Assembly (NCBI GenBank): GCA_018303405.1
Contig: JAGVYD010000009.1
Span: 64,856 to 128,855 of the forward strand
Source of the DNA: Candidatus Woesearchaeota archaeon
Lineage (GTDB): Archaea > Nanobdellota > Nanobdellia > Woesearchaeales > JABMPP01
DNA length: 64,000 bases
Reading direction: 5' to 3'
This document shows, one piece after another, positions 18,787 through 28,802 of the stretch. A program made the translations under genes and the position numbers. The notes beneath the pieces are model-generated. The model was given only the letters and a program-made list of their open reading frames with translations, did no database searches and was not told the DNA's origin. Every line of letters begins with the position of its first letter. The first letter of the stretch is position 1.

Positions 18787-19511
18787 TCAGTATCCGCCAA
18801 GGTAGATTTGCTGTATCTTCTTCATCTTCAGGATTTTCCTGTCGCCGTGCAGTGCAATCTTTCCGCTTTCGAGCACGTATATCTCATCAGCTATTGCTGT
18901 GGCCATCCTGGCATTTTGCTCTACCATGAGAATCGATGTCCCTTTATTGTTGATTTCCTGAATCTTCTGGAAAATCTGGCCGACAATCCTGGGCGCCAGG
19001 CCTATGGAAGGCTCGTCAAGCAGCAGGAGGCTTGGATTTTGCATCATGGCCCGGGCCATTGCAAGGAGCTGCTGCTGGCCTCCTGAAAGAGAAAATGCAT
19101 AGTCCTGCATCCGTGCCTTGAGGTCGGGGAACATCCCCATGATTTCCCCAATCCTTTTGCCGACCAGGTCAGGCTCCCTTGAGAGAAATGCCCCCATTTC
19201 AAGGTTTTCCTTTACGGTTAGGCTGGGAAATATTTGCCTTCCCTGCGGCACATAGCCGATGCCCAGCTCAATGAGCTCATATGTTGGAAGCCCGGTAATA
19301 TCCTTCCCATTCAGAAAAATATTCCCGCCATAAATAGTGGTCAAATTGAAAATGCTTTTCAGGACAGTGCTTTTGCCCGCGCCATTCGGGCCAATCAAGA
19401 CAGTTATGCCACCGCGCCTGACTGCCAAGTCCATGCCAAACAGTATTTGCAACTTTCCAAAGCCCCCCCAAGTTTCCTGCATTCAAGTATTGAATCAGCT
19501 GCTTTCCTCAT
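18787..19511 (-). CDS. livF: Branched-chain amino acid ABC ATPase LivF (apparent 1-nt frameshift near the 5' end)
   Basis: GPNGAGKST, LSGGQQQ, LLLDEPSIGLAP; main frame 18787-19482; natural start at 19511 is out of frame across a G7 run. Confidence 0.88.
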
Positions 19512-20233
19512 TTGCCCAGATACACCTCAAGCACTTTTGGGTCCTTTCTAATGGCACAGGGGGGACCGCGGGTCAAAACCATGCCCTGCGCCATGACAAT
19601 TACCTCATCACTGATGTCCATGACAAAATCCATGTCGTGCTCAATTAGCAAAATTGTGCTCTTCTTTTTCTTGAGATTCCTTAAAATATTCTTCAGCTCC
19701 TGCCTTGCCTTTTGGTTAAGCCCAGCGGTTGGCTCATCCAGTAAAAGCAGTTTGTGCTCAAAAAGAAGCGCCCGCGCAATTTCCACAATCCTCTGCTGGC
19801 CATAGCTCAGGTCGCAACATGGAGTTGAAAGATCCTTGTAAAAATGCATGGAAGCAAGAAGCTCTTTAATAGCTTCAGGGCTGGCAGAAGAAGCAATTGT
19901 TAGGTTTTCAAGCACGGACAGATTCTTAAAAAGCCTTGCCTGCTGAAATGTCCTGCTTATGCCAGACAATGCGATTTCATGCACTTGCTTTCTTGTTATA
20001 TCCTTGCCATCGAGGAAGATCCTGCCGGTGTCAGACCGGATAACACCGGTTATTATGTTGAAGGCTGTTGTCTTGCCTGCGCCATTCGGGCCTATGAGCG
20101 AAGTTATTTTTCCCTCCTCAACTTGGAAGCTGCAGGATTCCACTGCATTCACGCCTCCAAAATGCTTGGAGACATTCCTGACTTCCAGAATGTTCCGGAT
20201 GTTCCCTGCTCCATTGCTGATGCGGCTAGTCAT
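19508..20233 (-). CDS. livG: Branched-chain amino acid ABC ATPase LivG
   Basis: GPNGAGKTT, SRTFQ, LSYGQQR, IEHDM, VLEVYLG. Confidence 0.92.
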   Translation of the reverse strand: MTSRISNGAGNIRNILEVRNVSKHFGGVNAVESCSFQVEEGKITSLIGPNGAGKTTAFNIITGVIRSDTGRIFLDGKDITRKQVHEIALSGISRTFQQARLFKNLSVLENLTIASSASPEAIKELLASMHFYKDLSTPCCDLSYGQQRIVEIARALLFEHKLLLLDEPTAGLNQKARQELKNILRNLKKKKSTILLIEHDMDFVMDISDEVIVMAQGMVLTRGPPCAIRKDPKVLEVYLGK

Positions 20234-21086
20234 TCAGGTTCACCTTCCCGAAAAGGCCGCGCGGCCAGTACACAAGAATTGCAATTAGGATGGATGCGTA
20301 GATTATATCCCGCATCGGGCCAAGGATATCCGCCGGGAGCCCTGTAAATCTAACAGCCACACTAAAAAATGACACAATAAAAGCGCCAAGAATTGAGCCT
20401 TCCAAATGCCCCAGGCCTCCCAGATTCAGGGCAGACAATAAAAGTATAAGATAGCCAAGCTCAAATATTGATGGATCCAGGAATGTTATGTAATGTACAT
20501 AAAATGCCCCGGCAATGCCCGCAAAGAAGCCTGAAATGCCAAGTGATATTGCTTTGTAGATGGCAGGGTTCTTGCCAAGGACAGACACAGAAAGCTCATC
20601 GTCACGGATGCCCTGCATAATTTTGCCGATGCGTGAATTGGTCAAAATCTTGATTGAAATATAAGTAAGTGCGACCAGGGCAATGGCAATGATTAATGTG
20701 AGATTGTTGTCCTTGACAAGCCTGGAAAGGCCGGGCAACCCCAGAGCTCCCCTTGTCAGCGAAATCCAGTTCCTGGCAACAGCATACAAAATAAAGTTAA
20801 GGCCAAGCATGACAAGAGAGAGATAGTCCTTTTTCAGCCTCAGCGCAGGAATTGACATGAGAACCCCGAAAATGCAAGTCATGATTCCGGCAAACAGGAT
20901 GGAAATCCATGGATTGATGCCAAGCAGTTTAGAGAGCAATGCTGAACTGTAGGCTCCAAAACCTATTAATGCAACATGGCCAAGCTGGATGACACCAGTA
21001 TAGCCAAAGGCCAGGTTAAACGCCATCACATTAATTACAAATAAGGCGAGAATGATTCCTTCATGGACAAAATATTCATACGCCAT
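20226..21086 (-). CDS. livM: Branched-chain amino acid ABC permease LivM
   Basis: NLAFGYTG..LGH, RLKKDYL, IRDDE, LGGLG, PRGLFG. Confidence 0.9.
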   Translation of the reverse strand: MAYEYFVHEGIILALFVINVMAFNLAFGYTGVIQLGHVALIGFGAYSSALLSKLLGINPWISILFAGIMTCIFGVLMSIPALRLKKDYLSLVMLGLNFILYAVARNWISLTRGALGLPGLSRLVKDNNLTLIIAIALVALTYISIKILTNSRIGKIMQGIRDDELSVSVLGKNPAIYKAISLGISGFFAGIAGAFYVHYITFLDPSIFELGYLILLLSALNLGGLGHLEGSILGAFIVSFFSVAVRFTGLPADILGPMRDIIYASILIAILVYWPRGLFGKVNLND

Positions 21087-21967
21087 TATGAAACATCCTC
21101 CCGTTTCTTGCGGCCAAGCAGCCCGTATGGCCTGAACAGCAAGAAGACAAAGAGCAGCATGAATGAAATTGCGTCCTTATATCCTGAGGGGATATACCAA
21201 ATGCCAAAATTTTCTGCAAATCCCAGAAGGTAGCTTCCGAGCACTGTGCCGTGCAGCAACCCGACGCCACCCATGATTGAGGCGGCAAATCCCTTGACAA
21301 TTAACATGAGGCCCATTTGAGGATAAAGGTTGTTCTCCATGCCAATCAGGATTCCGGCCACACCCGCAAGCAGGGAAGCAAGTATAGCAGTAACCATGTA
21401 AACTTTTTCTGGGTCAATCCCCACAATCTGCGCAACGTCCTTATTGTCTGCCAGAGCGCGCATGGCCTTGCCTATCTTGGTTCTGAAAGAAATCCAGTAA
21501 AGGAATGCTATGACCAAAATTGAGGCTGCAATTATAAACAACTGGATATCAGTCATTCGCGCACCAAGAATCTCATGCGACACATTGTTTGCCTTGATAA
21601 TCTTGACATCTGAACTGAATGCAATGAGCAATAATGAACTAAGAAGCGTCAAAAGCGCCAAGGATGCAATCATCATGACTGTGTAGCTTGCATTGCGCCT
21701 GCGCAACTGCCTGAAAACAACAAAATCCAGGGCAAGCCCAAGGATTATTGTGGCCACAATTACGAGAGGTATGACCAGCAGGAAATGGCCAATAGCCAGC
21801 TTAGAATAAAACAGGTAGGTCATATAACCGGCAAAGGCAACCATTGAGCCAATAGCGAAATTCTGGAATTTGTTGACTGAGTATATAAGAGAAAAACCGC
21901 TGGCAACCAGCATGTAGATGCTGCCTGCGATTAAGCCATTGACCAGCAATTGCATGAAGACTGACAT
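21086..21967 (-). CDS. livH: Branched-chain amino acid ABC permease LivH
   Basis: QLLVNGLIAGSIY.L.ASGFSLIY, GKAMRA, KGFAASIMGG, RPYGLLG. Confidence 0.92.
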   Translation of the reverse strand: MSVFMQLLVNGLIAGSIYMLVASGFSLIYSVNKFQNFAIGSMVAFAGYMTYLFYSKLAIGHFLLVIPLVIVATIILGLALDFVVFRQLRRRNASYTVMMIASLALLTLLSSLLLIAFSSDVKIIKANNVSHEILGARMTDIQLFIIAASILVIAFLYWISFRTKIGKAMRALADNKDVAQIVGIDPEKVYMVTAILASLLAGVAGILIGMENNLYPQMGLMLIVKGFAASIMGGVGLLHGTVLGSYLLGFAENFGIWYIPSGYKDAISFMLLFVFLLFRPYGLLGRKKREDVS

Positions 21968-22014
21968 TTTAAGAATTTAAAACAAAAGGGTATTTAACCC
22001 TTTTGCAAAATGCC

Positions 22015-22033
22015 GCCGGGAAATTTCCCCGGC
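22015..22033 (-). terminator. GC-rich hairpin between livK and livH
   Basis: GCCGGGAAATTTCCCCGGC inverted repeat just after the livK stop. Confidence 0.4.
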
Positions 22034-22049
22034 AGTTAAAAAAGCCGGA

Positions 22050-23261
22050 TTAAGCCGTTGCAATCTCCACTGCCTTCCCACCAGTTATCTTCTTTACAGA
22101 GTAAGGCAGCAAAGGATCGCCATTCTCGTCAAAAGTCAGCTTGCCAATGGCGCCATTGTAATCCTTCACAGAGTAAAGATTGTCCCTGATCTTGTCAGTG
22201 TCCTCGCCATATAAGGAGATGGCATCTGAAACCAGGTAAACAGCGTCATAGACTCCTGCCACAAACTGAGGCCATGGAACTTCCTCGCCAGTCTGCTCCT
22301 TGTATTTGGCAAATAGTGCAGCTGTTGTCGGGGATGTGTCATCCACTTTGGGCTCAATCCCTATCGCTCCTTCTATAAGCTCGGAATTTTCAGCAATGAA
22401 ATCCCGGCCAAGCAAAACCTCACTTGCAACGATCTCCTGTTCCATGCCTGATTCCTTGAGCTGTTTCAGCAATAAGGTTGCTTTTGCCGGAGTTTGGGCG
22501 ACAATATATATTACATCGGGATTTGCGTTCTTGGCTTTCAGCACCTGTGTCCTCATGTCAGTGTCCTCTGAAGAAAATGTTTCATCTGCGACAACCGCGC
22601 CACCCAGCAATTCAAAATTTTCCTTGAACACTTTCCTAAGGCCCTGCGCATAATCGGTTGTCTCTGAGAAAACAACTGCCTTGGACCTGCCCAAATCATC
22701 AGATGCGTACTTGGCTGCGACTTCCCCTGCAAATGCATCGGAAGGTGCAATCCTGAAAACATAGTCGCCTGCTGCTGTGATGTCGGGCGATGTTGCTGAT
22801 GGGGAGATTAAGATGACCTTAGCGGCCTCTGTAATCGGTGCCGCGCCGAGAGTTTCACCCGAGCAGGCTCCGCCGATAATCACCTTGACTTTGTCCACAT
22901 TCACGAGCTTTTGGGCTGCAGATGCCCCATCCTTGGGACTGCATTTGCTGTCCTCTGTGACAAATTCTATCATCTTTCCATTGATGCCGCCTTTGGCGTT
23001 TATCTCATCAGCTGCAATGAAAGCTGCTGTCCTGATTGGATTTCCGTATGCTGTTGCGTCGCCGCTTAGAGGCAGCATCAGGCCAAGCTTGACAGTTTCT
23101 GTTGTTGCCTGCGCATCTGGTTCTCCGGATGTTTCAGTTTCGCCGTTTGCGGGCCGTACATCCGGAACACCGTTCTGTGCGACAGGCGTGCACCCAATCA
23201 TTAGGATGACCAGTGCCGCCAATCCTGCCAGAAATAATTTATTTGTCTGCATTATCTGCAC
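22050..23261 (-). CDS. livK: Branched-chain amino acid ABC substrate-binding lipoprotein (LivK/LivJ family)
   Basis: Lipobox MIGC, PLSG, EINAKGGING, ISPSATSP, YVFR, FDENGD. Confidence 0.9.
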   Translation of the reverse strand: MQIMQTNKLFLAGLAALVILMIGCTPVAQNGVPDVRPANGETETSGEPDAQATTETVKLGLMLPLSGDATAYGNPIRTAAFIAADEINAKGGINGKMIEFVTEDSKCSPKDGASAAQKLVNVDKVKVIIGGACSGETLGAAPITEAAKVILISPSATSPDITAAGDYVFRIAPSDAFAGEVAAKYASDDLGRSKAVVFSETTDYAQGLRKVFKENFELLGGAVVADETFSSEDTDMRTQVLKAKNANPDVIYIVAQTPAKATLLLKQLKESGMEQEIVASEVLLGRDFIAENSELIEGAIGIEPKVDDTSPTTAALFAKYKEQTGEEVPWPQFVAGVYDAVYLVSDAISLYGEDTDKIRDNLYSVKDYNGAIGKLTFDENGDPLLPYSVKKITGGKAVEIATA

Positions 23262-23416
23262 CCCCTAGTTTGGTTATTAATGATTAAATCGTGATTAAAT
23301 CCCTGAAAATGCAAATGCTGGAAATATTTTTTATTCATTATTTATAAAGCTACCGACTGCATCGTATTGTTCATCCTGTAGATGTTAACCGTCGGCTGTT
23401 AAGAATTCGGATGTTT

Positions 23417-23914
23417 TTAAGCATTTTTCCATTCAAAATGGCCAAGAACCGAATTATTTAATTCATTCTTGTATTGTTCCCATTGTGGCATAAATGAATC
23501 CATTAAATCGTGGAATCGTTCTGTATGGGTTTTTTCTAATAAGTGCGTCATCTCATGCGCGATCACATATTCTGTTAATTTAAGCGGATTTTTTGCTAAT
23601 TCAAGATTAAGCCATATTCTCTTATCTTTTGGGTTGCTTGTTCTCCATTTAGTTTTCATCTTCTTAACTTTAACTTCGTTTACTTGAACACCAGTTACCT
23701 TCTGCCATTTTTCAACAAGAGGGGGAAGTTGCTTTTTTAGTTCTCTTCTGTAAAAATTATTTAGCGTTTCTTCTCTTTTCTCTGTGCTGGCTTTTGGATT
23801 AATATGCAAGTCAATGTGTGTTTTTCTTTTAATCTCTACTTTTGGATTTCCGTCTGTATGCACAATATTTAATCGGTATCTGTTTCCTAGGAAGTAATGA
23901 CTTTCCCCAGAAAT
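23417..23914 (-). pseudogene. 5'-truncated YgjP/DUF45 (M48/SprT-like) metallopeptidase
   Basis: SGESHYFLG, IWLNLEL, VIAHEMTHL..H; N-terminal domain missing; the family WGSC motif reads WRTS; AT-rich. Confidence 0.7.
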
Positions 23915-24076
23915 GCTACAAGCCCCAGATAACATTTTATCTGTATCTGCAGAAAAACCTAGCAGGAAACTTGCTTTTCTTAACACACAGCACAATGTAA
24001 CAATTAGGGACTAAAATGGGACAAAAAAGATTTGAAAAAAGAAGTTTTATAAATATGGATGTTCATTTATAAATGA

Positions 24077-25375
24077 ATGATTAAATCAATTGTGCCAAAT
24101 CCATTTTCAAAGGATTCGAGTTTAGCTGATTTAACTAAAAAAGCTGAATTAATCAAAGAAGGGCTTAGCTTCACAATCATAATAAAGAATATTATTTTTC
24201 TGGCAGTATTGGGATTTATCCTTTCAAAGTTTTTTCAGATACCTTTGAATATTATTTTGATACTGGTTGGTACAGAAATTATTATCACTCTAATAGCTGG
24301 TTATCTAAAAATTATTAAATTAAAAGCAGTATATGATATAAATACAGCCAATAATGATGCTAAAGGATATAGAACTCTAATAATAACAAGTGAATATTAT
24401 GAGTTAATAAAAACCATCTTTGGTGTTATTGCACATATTTTTTCAATAGGTTTAATTTTTCTTTTTTTTCATAAGGAAATTTCTAACATTGTTACCTCAA
24501 GCATACCTTTAAACCAGATATCATTAAAATATTTTGTATTCATATTCTTAGGATTCAAAATTTTCGATTTCTTTATGAAATTAGTAAGATACTCTTGGAT
24601 TAAAAATATAAAAGAAAGTAATAATTTTGATGAAGTCAATCAAGATTATCTAATAATCGAAAAAAAGCTTGAATTAGTAAAGTTTATTCCGTTTATGTTC
24701 ATTTTCCTTGTTATTCTGTTCTTCTTAAAAGTTCCTTTCTTCATCCCTTTAATTTTTGGTGGATTTATGATTTTAATGTTAATTCTTTCAATAATAGAAT
24801 TAAAAAGAATTAAAAATGTAAAATTTAGGGAAAATCAATCCAAAGAATATGTAGATATAGATAAAACCACAATTCAACATCAAATTATGTCTTACCAAAA
24901 TGAACAAATAGTATTCTCTATTTTTGGCATACTTAAAACTGCAGCGAGTTTCAAGGACATTTTTAAGCCATTTGGTTCAGCAACTTTAGGTGCTGGAAAA
25001 ACATATTTTCCAGAAAATACTTTATTTGTAACAAACTATAGATTATTGCTAGTTCAAGTGCCTGTTTCTGGAGGAAATAAAATAGTTGGTGAAGTTGATT
25101 ATGTTCAAAACAATTTCTTTTACAACCGATCTGAAATAAGACAGAAAGGAGAACAAATGCTAAAAACAATGGGTCTAACTCAAATTTTATCTTATGCAAT
25201 GAATGATTTTCTATATTCAGATATAAAGTTAGTGACTTTAAAAGGAAATGCTCAGATAATAATAGAAAAAAATAATGGTGAAAAATACAGTTGCACTTTT
25301 TTAGACAAAGAATATGCTGAACCCCTAAAGAAAGCATTATCTTTCTATTTGAAAGAGAAATTTACTCAGAAATAA
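24077..25375 (+). CDS. Hypothetical polytopic membrane protein with a soluble C-terminal domain (AT-rich)
   Basis: 432-aa ORF, about six TM segments, visibly lower GC than the flanks. Confidence 0.75.
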   Translation: MIKSIVPNPFSKDSSLADLTKKAELIKEGLSFTIIIKNIIFLAVLGFILSKFFQIPLNIILILVGTEIIITLIAGYLKIIKLKAVYDINTANNDAKGYRTLIITSEYYELIKTIFGVIAHIFSIGLIFLFFHKEISNIVTSSIPLNQISLKYFVFIFLGFKIFDFFMKLVRYSWIKNIKESNNFDEVNQDYLIIEKKLELVKFIPFMFIFLVILFFLKVPFFIPLIFGGFMILMLILSIIELKRIKNVKFRENQSKEYVDIDKTTIQHQIMSYQNEQIVFSIFGILKTAASFKDIFKPFGSATLGAGKTYFPENTLFVTNYRLLLVQVPVSGGNKIVGEVDYVQNNFFYNRSEIRQKGEQMLKTMGLTQILSYAMNDFLYSDIKLVTLKGNAQIIIEKNNGEKYSCTFLDKEYAEPLKKALSFYLKEKFTQK

Positions 25376-25407
25376 AACAATTCTAATTCAAGGATTATAT
25401 TTTAGAG

Positions 25408-25602
25408 CTATTCATATCCAGAAACCACGCATTGTCCATCTATCATAGCTTCTTGCAGAGGATTTTCAACTTGTTTTCCATCAATAGTATAATTAGTTTG
25501 CGTAACTCCACTTCCAAGATCTGCCTGAACTGAAGTTCCTACAGATTCTGCTTTGGCAAACAACCGATGAATTTTTGTATCCAGTCTTTTTTCCTTTTCC
25601 AT
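25408..25602 (-). CDS. Small hypothetical protein or gene fragment
   Basis: 64-aa ATG ORF in the AT-rich patch; no motif recognised. Confidence 0.35.
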   Translation of the reverse strand: MEKEKRLDTKIHRLFAKAESVGTSVQADLGSGVTQTNYTIDGKQVENPLQEAMIDGQCVVSGYE

Positions 25603-25693
25603 GGCAGAGTCGCACCTCTGCCCTGCCCCAACTCAGGGCTAACGCCCCCGCCTAAACATAAAATTAATATACATCGCGGATTAGCTTGTTTCC

Positions 25694-27178
25694 ATGGCAA
25701 GCATTGAAGAAATGACTGTATTTTGCAAAAAGAAGGGAATTGTCTTTATGAATTCAGAGCTGTATGGCGGCTATTCAGGGTTCTGGGATTTTGGCCCGTG
25801 TGGGGTTGAGATCAAGAACAACATCAAATCAGCGCTTTGGCGAAGATTTGTCCAGCAAAGGGATGATGTTGTCGGGCTGGATGGCGCAATAATAAGCCAT
25901 CCGAAAGTATGGCAGGCTTCAGGGCATGTGAGCTCATTCACTGATTTTCTTTTGGATTGCACAAAATGCAAGATGAGGTTCAGGGCAGACCTGCTGCTCG
26001 AGGATGCTGCAGGAGTGGCCACCGAGGGCATGAGGATAGAGGAGATTGAAAGGCTGCTGGAAAAGCACAAGGTAAAGTGCCCGCAGTGCAAAGGAGACCT
26101 TGCAACGCCAAAAAAATTCAACCTGATGCTCAGGACAAATGTCGGGCCTGTTGAATCGGACTCATCAATCTCATACCTGAGGCCTGAAACTGCCCAGCTC
26201 ATTTTCTCGAATATGAGGATAGTGGTCGAAACCGCAAGGCTAAAGCTCCCATTCGGGATTGCCCAGACCGGCAAGGCCTTCCGAAATGAAATTTCGCCAA
26301 GGGATTTTCTTTTTAGGAGCAGGGAATTTGAGCAATTTGAGATAGAATATTTTGTAAACCCGTCAAAGAAAAATACGTGCCCTTTTTTCAGGGAGATTGA
26401 GGATATGGAAGCAAATGTGCTCCTGGCTGATGAAAAAGAGATGCGAAAAACAACATTCAAGAAGATGGTTTCCACCGGAAAATTTGCCACTGAATGGCAT
26501 GCGTACTGGGTCGCATCATTCTATCGTTTTTTCACTGATTACGGGATTAAGGCCAAGAACCTGAGGCTCAGGGAGCACCACAAGGAAGAGCTGGCGCATT
26601 ATGCCTCAGCATGTTTTGACATTGAATACAATTTCCCGTTTGGCTGGAAGGAAATACACGGGAATGCTGACAGGGGGATATTTGACCTGGAGCAGCATAT
26701 GAAGTTTTCAGGCAAGGACCTCTCATTATTTGACGAGGAAACCAAGTCCAAGATTGTGCCCTATGTGGCGTCAGAGCCTTCGCAGGGGATAGAGCGGGCA
26801 ATGCTTGCATTTTTATTTGATGCATATGATGATGACAAGGAAAGGGGCAATATTGTTCTCAGGCTTCATCCTGCTTTGGCATCCACAAAGGTGGCAGTGT
26901 TTCCCTTGGTCTCCAACAAAGAAGAATTGACAAGCTTCACCAGGAATGTTTATTCCAAGCTGAAGCGGGAATTTTCCTGCTCTTATGACCAGTCAGGAAG
27001 CATTGGCAGGAGGTATGCCAGGGCAGATGAGATTGGGATTCCATTTTGCGTAACTGTTGACTTTGACTCACTCAATGACAGTACAGTGACGGTCAGGAAC
27101 AGGGATGATACAACGCAGATAAGGGTCAAGATAAACGAACTCGCGGCGCATTTAGCTGCTGTAATGAATAATGGCTGA
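25694..27178 (+). CDS. glyS: Glycine--tRNA ligase (alpha2 type)
   Basis: WQASGHV, YLRPETAQ, GKAFRNEISPR, REFEQFEIE, SIGRRYARADEIG. Confidence 0.97.
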   Translation: MASIEEMTVFCKKKGIVFMNSELYGGYSGFWDFGPCGVEIKNNIKSALWRRFVQQRDDVVGLDGAIISHPKVWQASGHVSSFTDFLLDCTKCKMRFRADLLLEDAAGVATEGMRIEEIERLLEKHKVKCPQCKGDLATPKKFNLMLRTNVGPVESDSSISYLRPETAQLIFSNMRIVVETARLKLPFGIAQTGKAFRNEISPRDFLFRSREFEQFEIEYFVNPSKKNTCPFFREIEDMEANVLLADEKEMRKTTFKKMVSTGKFATEWHAYWVASFYRFFTDYGIKAKNLRLREHHKEELAHYASACFDIEYNFPFGWKEIHGNADRGIFDLEQHMKFSGKDLSLFDEETKSKIVPYVASEPSQGIERAMLAFLFDAYDDDKERGNIVLRLHPALASTKVAVFPLVSNKEELTSFTRNVYSKLKREFSCSYDQSGSIGRRYARADEIGIPFCVTVDFDSLNDSTVTVRNRDDTTQIRVKINELAAHLAAVMNNG

Positions 27179-27385
27179 ATGACATTTGGATAGAAGGGCA
27201 ACAAATGCACAGGCAGGCCAGGAGAGCATGATTGCGTAACATTTATATACATTCCAGTTAATAGCTACCCTTGGCAGAAGCATTAGGGATTCGGATTAGC
27301 AGGTTAATTATGGGTATATGCTCAAGTACATTTACATCATAAACATAACATAGAGATTGATATTGCAAATAAAAGTGGTGAAAAG

Positions 27386-28072
27386 ATGGCTCTTTTTGGC
27401 TTAAGCAAGAAAAAGGAAGAGGCTTCCATGCCTCCGCCTCCATTCTCTGATTCTGCAACAAACTTGCCGCCTGACCAGCTTGGCGCTTTCCAGCAGCCAG
27501 GAACACCAGACGACCTAATGGGCCAGCCGCAGCAGCAGGGAGGGTACCCAGCGAGCCAGCCATACCAGTCCTACAATACCATGGGCCAGGCTGACATGCA
27601 GCAGGGAGGCAATCCAATGGACTATGGGCAATATCCCGACCCGCAGGACATGGGAAGCCAGGGGCAGCCAATGGACCAGCCATATTATGGCCAGCATCCA
27701 GGCAGCTATCAGCAGAATTACCCAGCAGGGAGCCCTGATGAAAAAATTGAGGAAATTGCAGAAGCCATTATTGAAGAAAAATGGAATGAGCTTGTCAAGA
27801 ATGTCAACAAGATTATTGAATGGAAAGACAAGACTGAGTCCAGGATTACACAATTGGAGCAGAGGATGAATGATATCCGGGCTGACTTTGAAACACTGCA
27901 CAAGGGCATTCTCGGCAAGGTTGGCGAATATGACCAAAACCTCACTAACCTTGGTGCGGAAATAAAGGCCATGGAAAAGGTATTTTCCAAGATCCTGCCA
28001 ACTTTCACTGAAAATGTCAATGAGCTGTCAAGGCTCGCCAAGGACCTTAAGATGAAATCCTCCAGCAAATAG
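27386..28072 (+). CDS. Hypothetical protein: Q/P/G/Y-rich low-complexity N-half and coiled-coil C-half
   Basis: GGTGA RBS; 228-aa ORF with clear compositional halves. Confidence 0.8.
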   Translation: MALFGLSKKKEEASMPPPPFSDSATNLPPDQLGAFQQPGTPDDLMGQPQQQGGYPASQPYQSYNTMGQADMQQGGNPMDYGQYPDPQDMGSQGQPMDQPYYGQHPGSYQQNYPAGSPDEKIEEIAEAIIEEKWNELVKNVNKIIEWKDKTESRITQLEQRMNDIRADFETLHKGILGKVGEYDQNLTNLGAEIKAMEKVFSKILPTFTENVNELSRLAKDLKMKSSSK

Positions 28073-28180
28073 ATGCAAGATAAGGAATAATAGGTGTAAT
28101 AGATCCAAATTCTGTTTTATATTGCCTGTTTAATATTGCTGTAACAATATGGATTTGCCTGGAGAAATTCGCCAGCCTGA

Positions 28181-28750
28181 TTAGTCAAGCTTGACCTTGC
28201 TGGACAGCGTTGTGATTGTGAACACCCCAATCAGCATAAGGAAGATGAGGCCAAGCACCTTTGGATGGAATATTGTTGCGAATAATGCGCTTGTTCCGGT
28301 TTCTCCCACATCCCCATCCACATTTGCCTGGGTCCCATTGACAGTGACGCCTACATTGTGCTCGCCACCGCTGAAAAACACAGTTCCCAGGCCGCCAAGA
28401 AGGATAATCACGCTAAAAATCATAATCCAATAGACAATGGACTTGTTATGGATCATGGCATCCTTGATATCAGAGTCAGTTGCCCCTAACATCTTATATG
28501 CTATAACCATGAGAAGGATGAAAATAAACATCAGGACAAACCAAGGGGTAATGGTTGAAATTACAGTATTCACAGATGGCACAAGCAGCAGAGTAATTCC
28601 AATCAGGAACGCCACCAGGATGTGCAGCCCCTGCCTGTCCTTGAAGAGATTGATGTATTCAAGAATCCCGTACACAAGGACAATGATAAGCAACATAGAG
28701 AAGAGGAATGAGAACTTGTTCAATAGCCCGGTATCAAGAATAGTTGCCAT
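28181..28750 (-). CDS. Hypothetical membrane protein (paralog 3 of 3)
   Basis: FSMLLIIVLVYGILE aligns with the LPFLL.F.I.FAIL motif of its neighbours; about five TM helices. Confidence 0.78.
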   Translation of the reverse strand: MATILDTGLLNKFSFLFSMLLIIVLVYGILEYINLFKDRQGLHILVAFLIGITLLLVPSVNTVISTITPWFVLMFIFILLMVIAYKMLGATDSDIKDAMIHNKSIVYWIMIFSVIILLGGLGTVFFSGGEHNVGVTVNGTQANVDGDVGETGTSALFATIFHPKVLGLIFLMLIGVFTITTLSSKVKLD

Positions 28751-28802
28751 TGTTTACACTTCCGAGCCCCTTAGAGCGGATTTAAAATAAAAATAAAAAA
28801 AA

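Noticed and set aside
25604..25660. Integron attC site
   Set aside because: A GGCTAAC is present, but I could not find a matching GTTRRRY end or an integrase; kept only as an island-edge hairpin.
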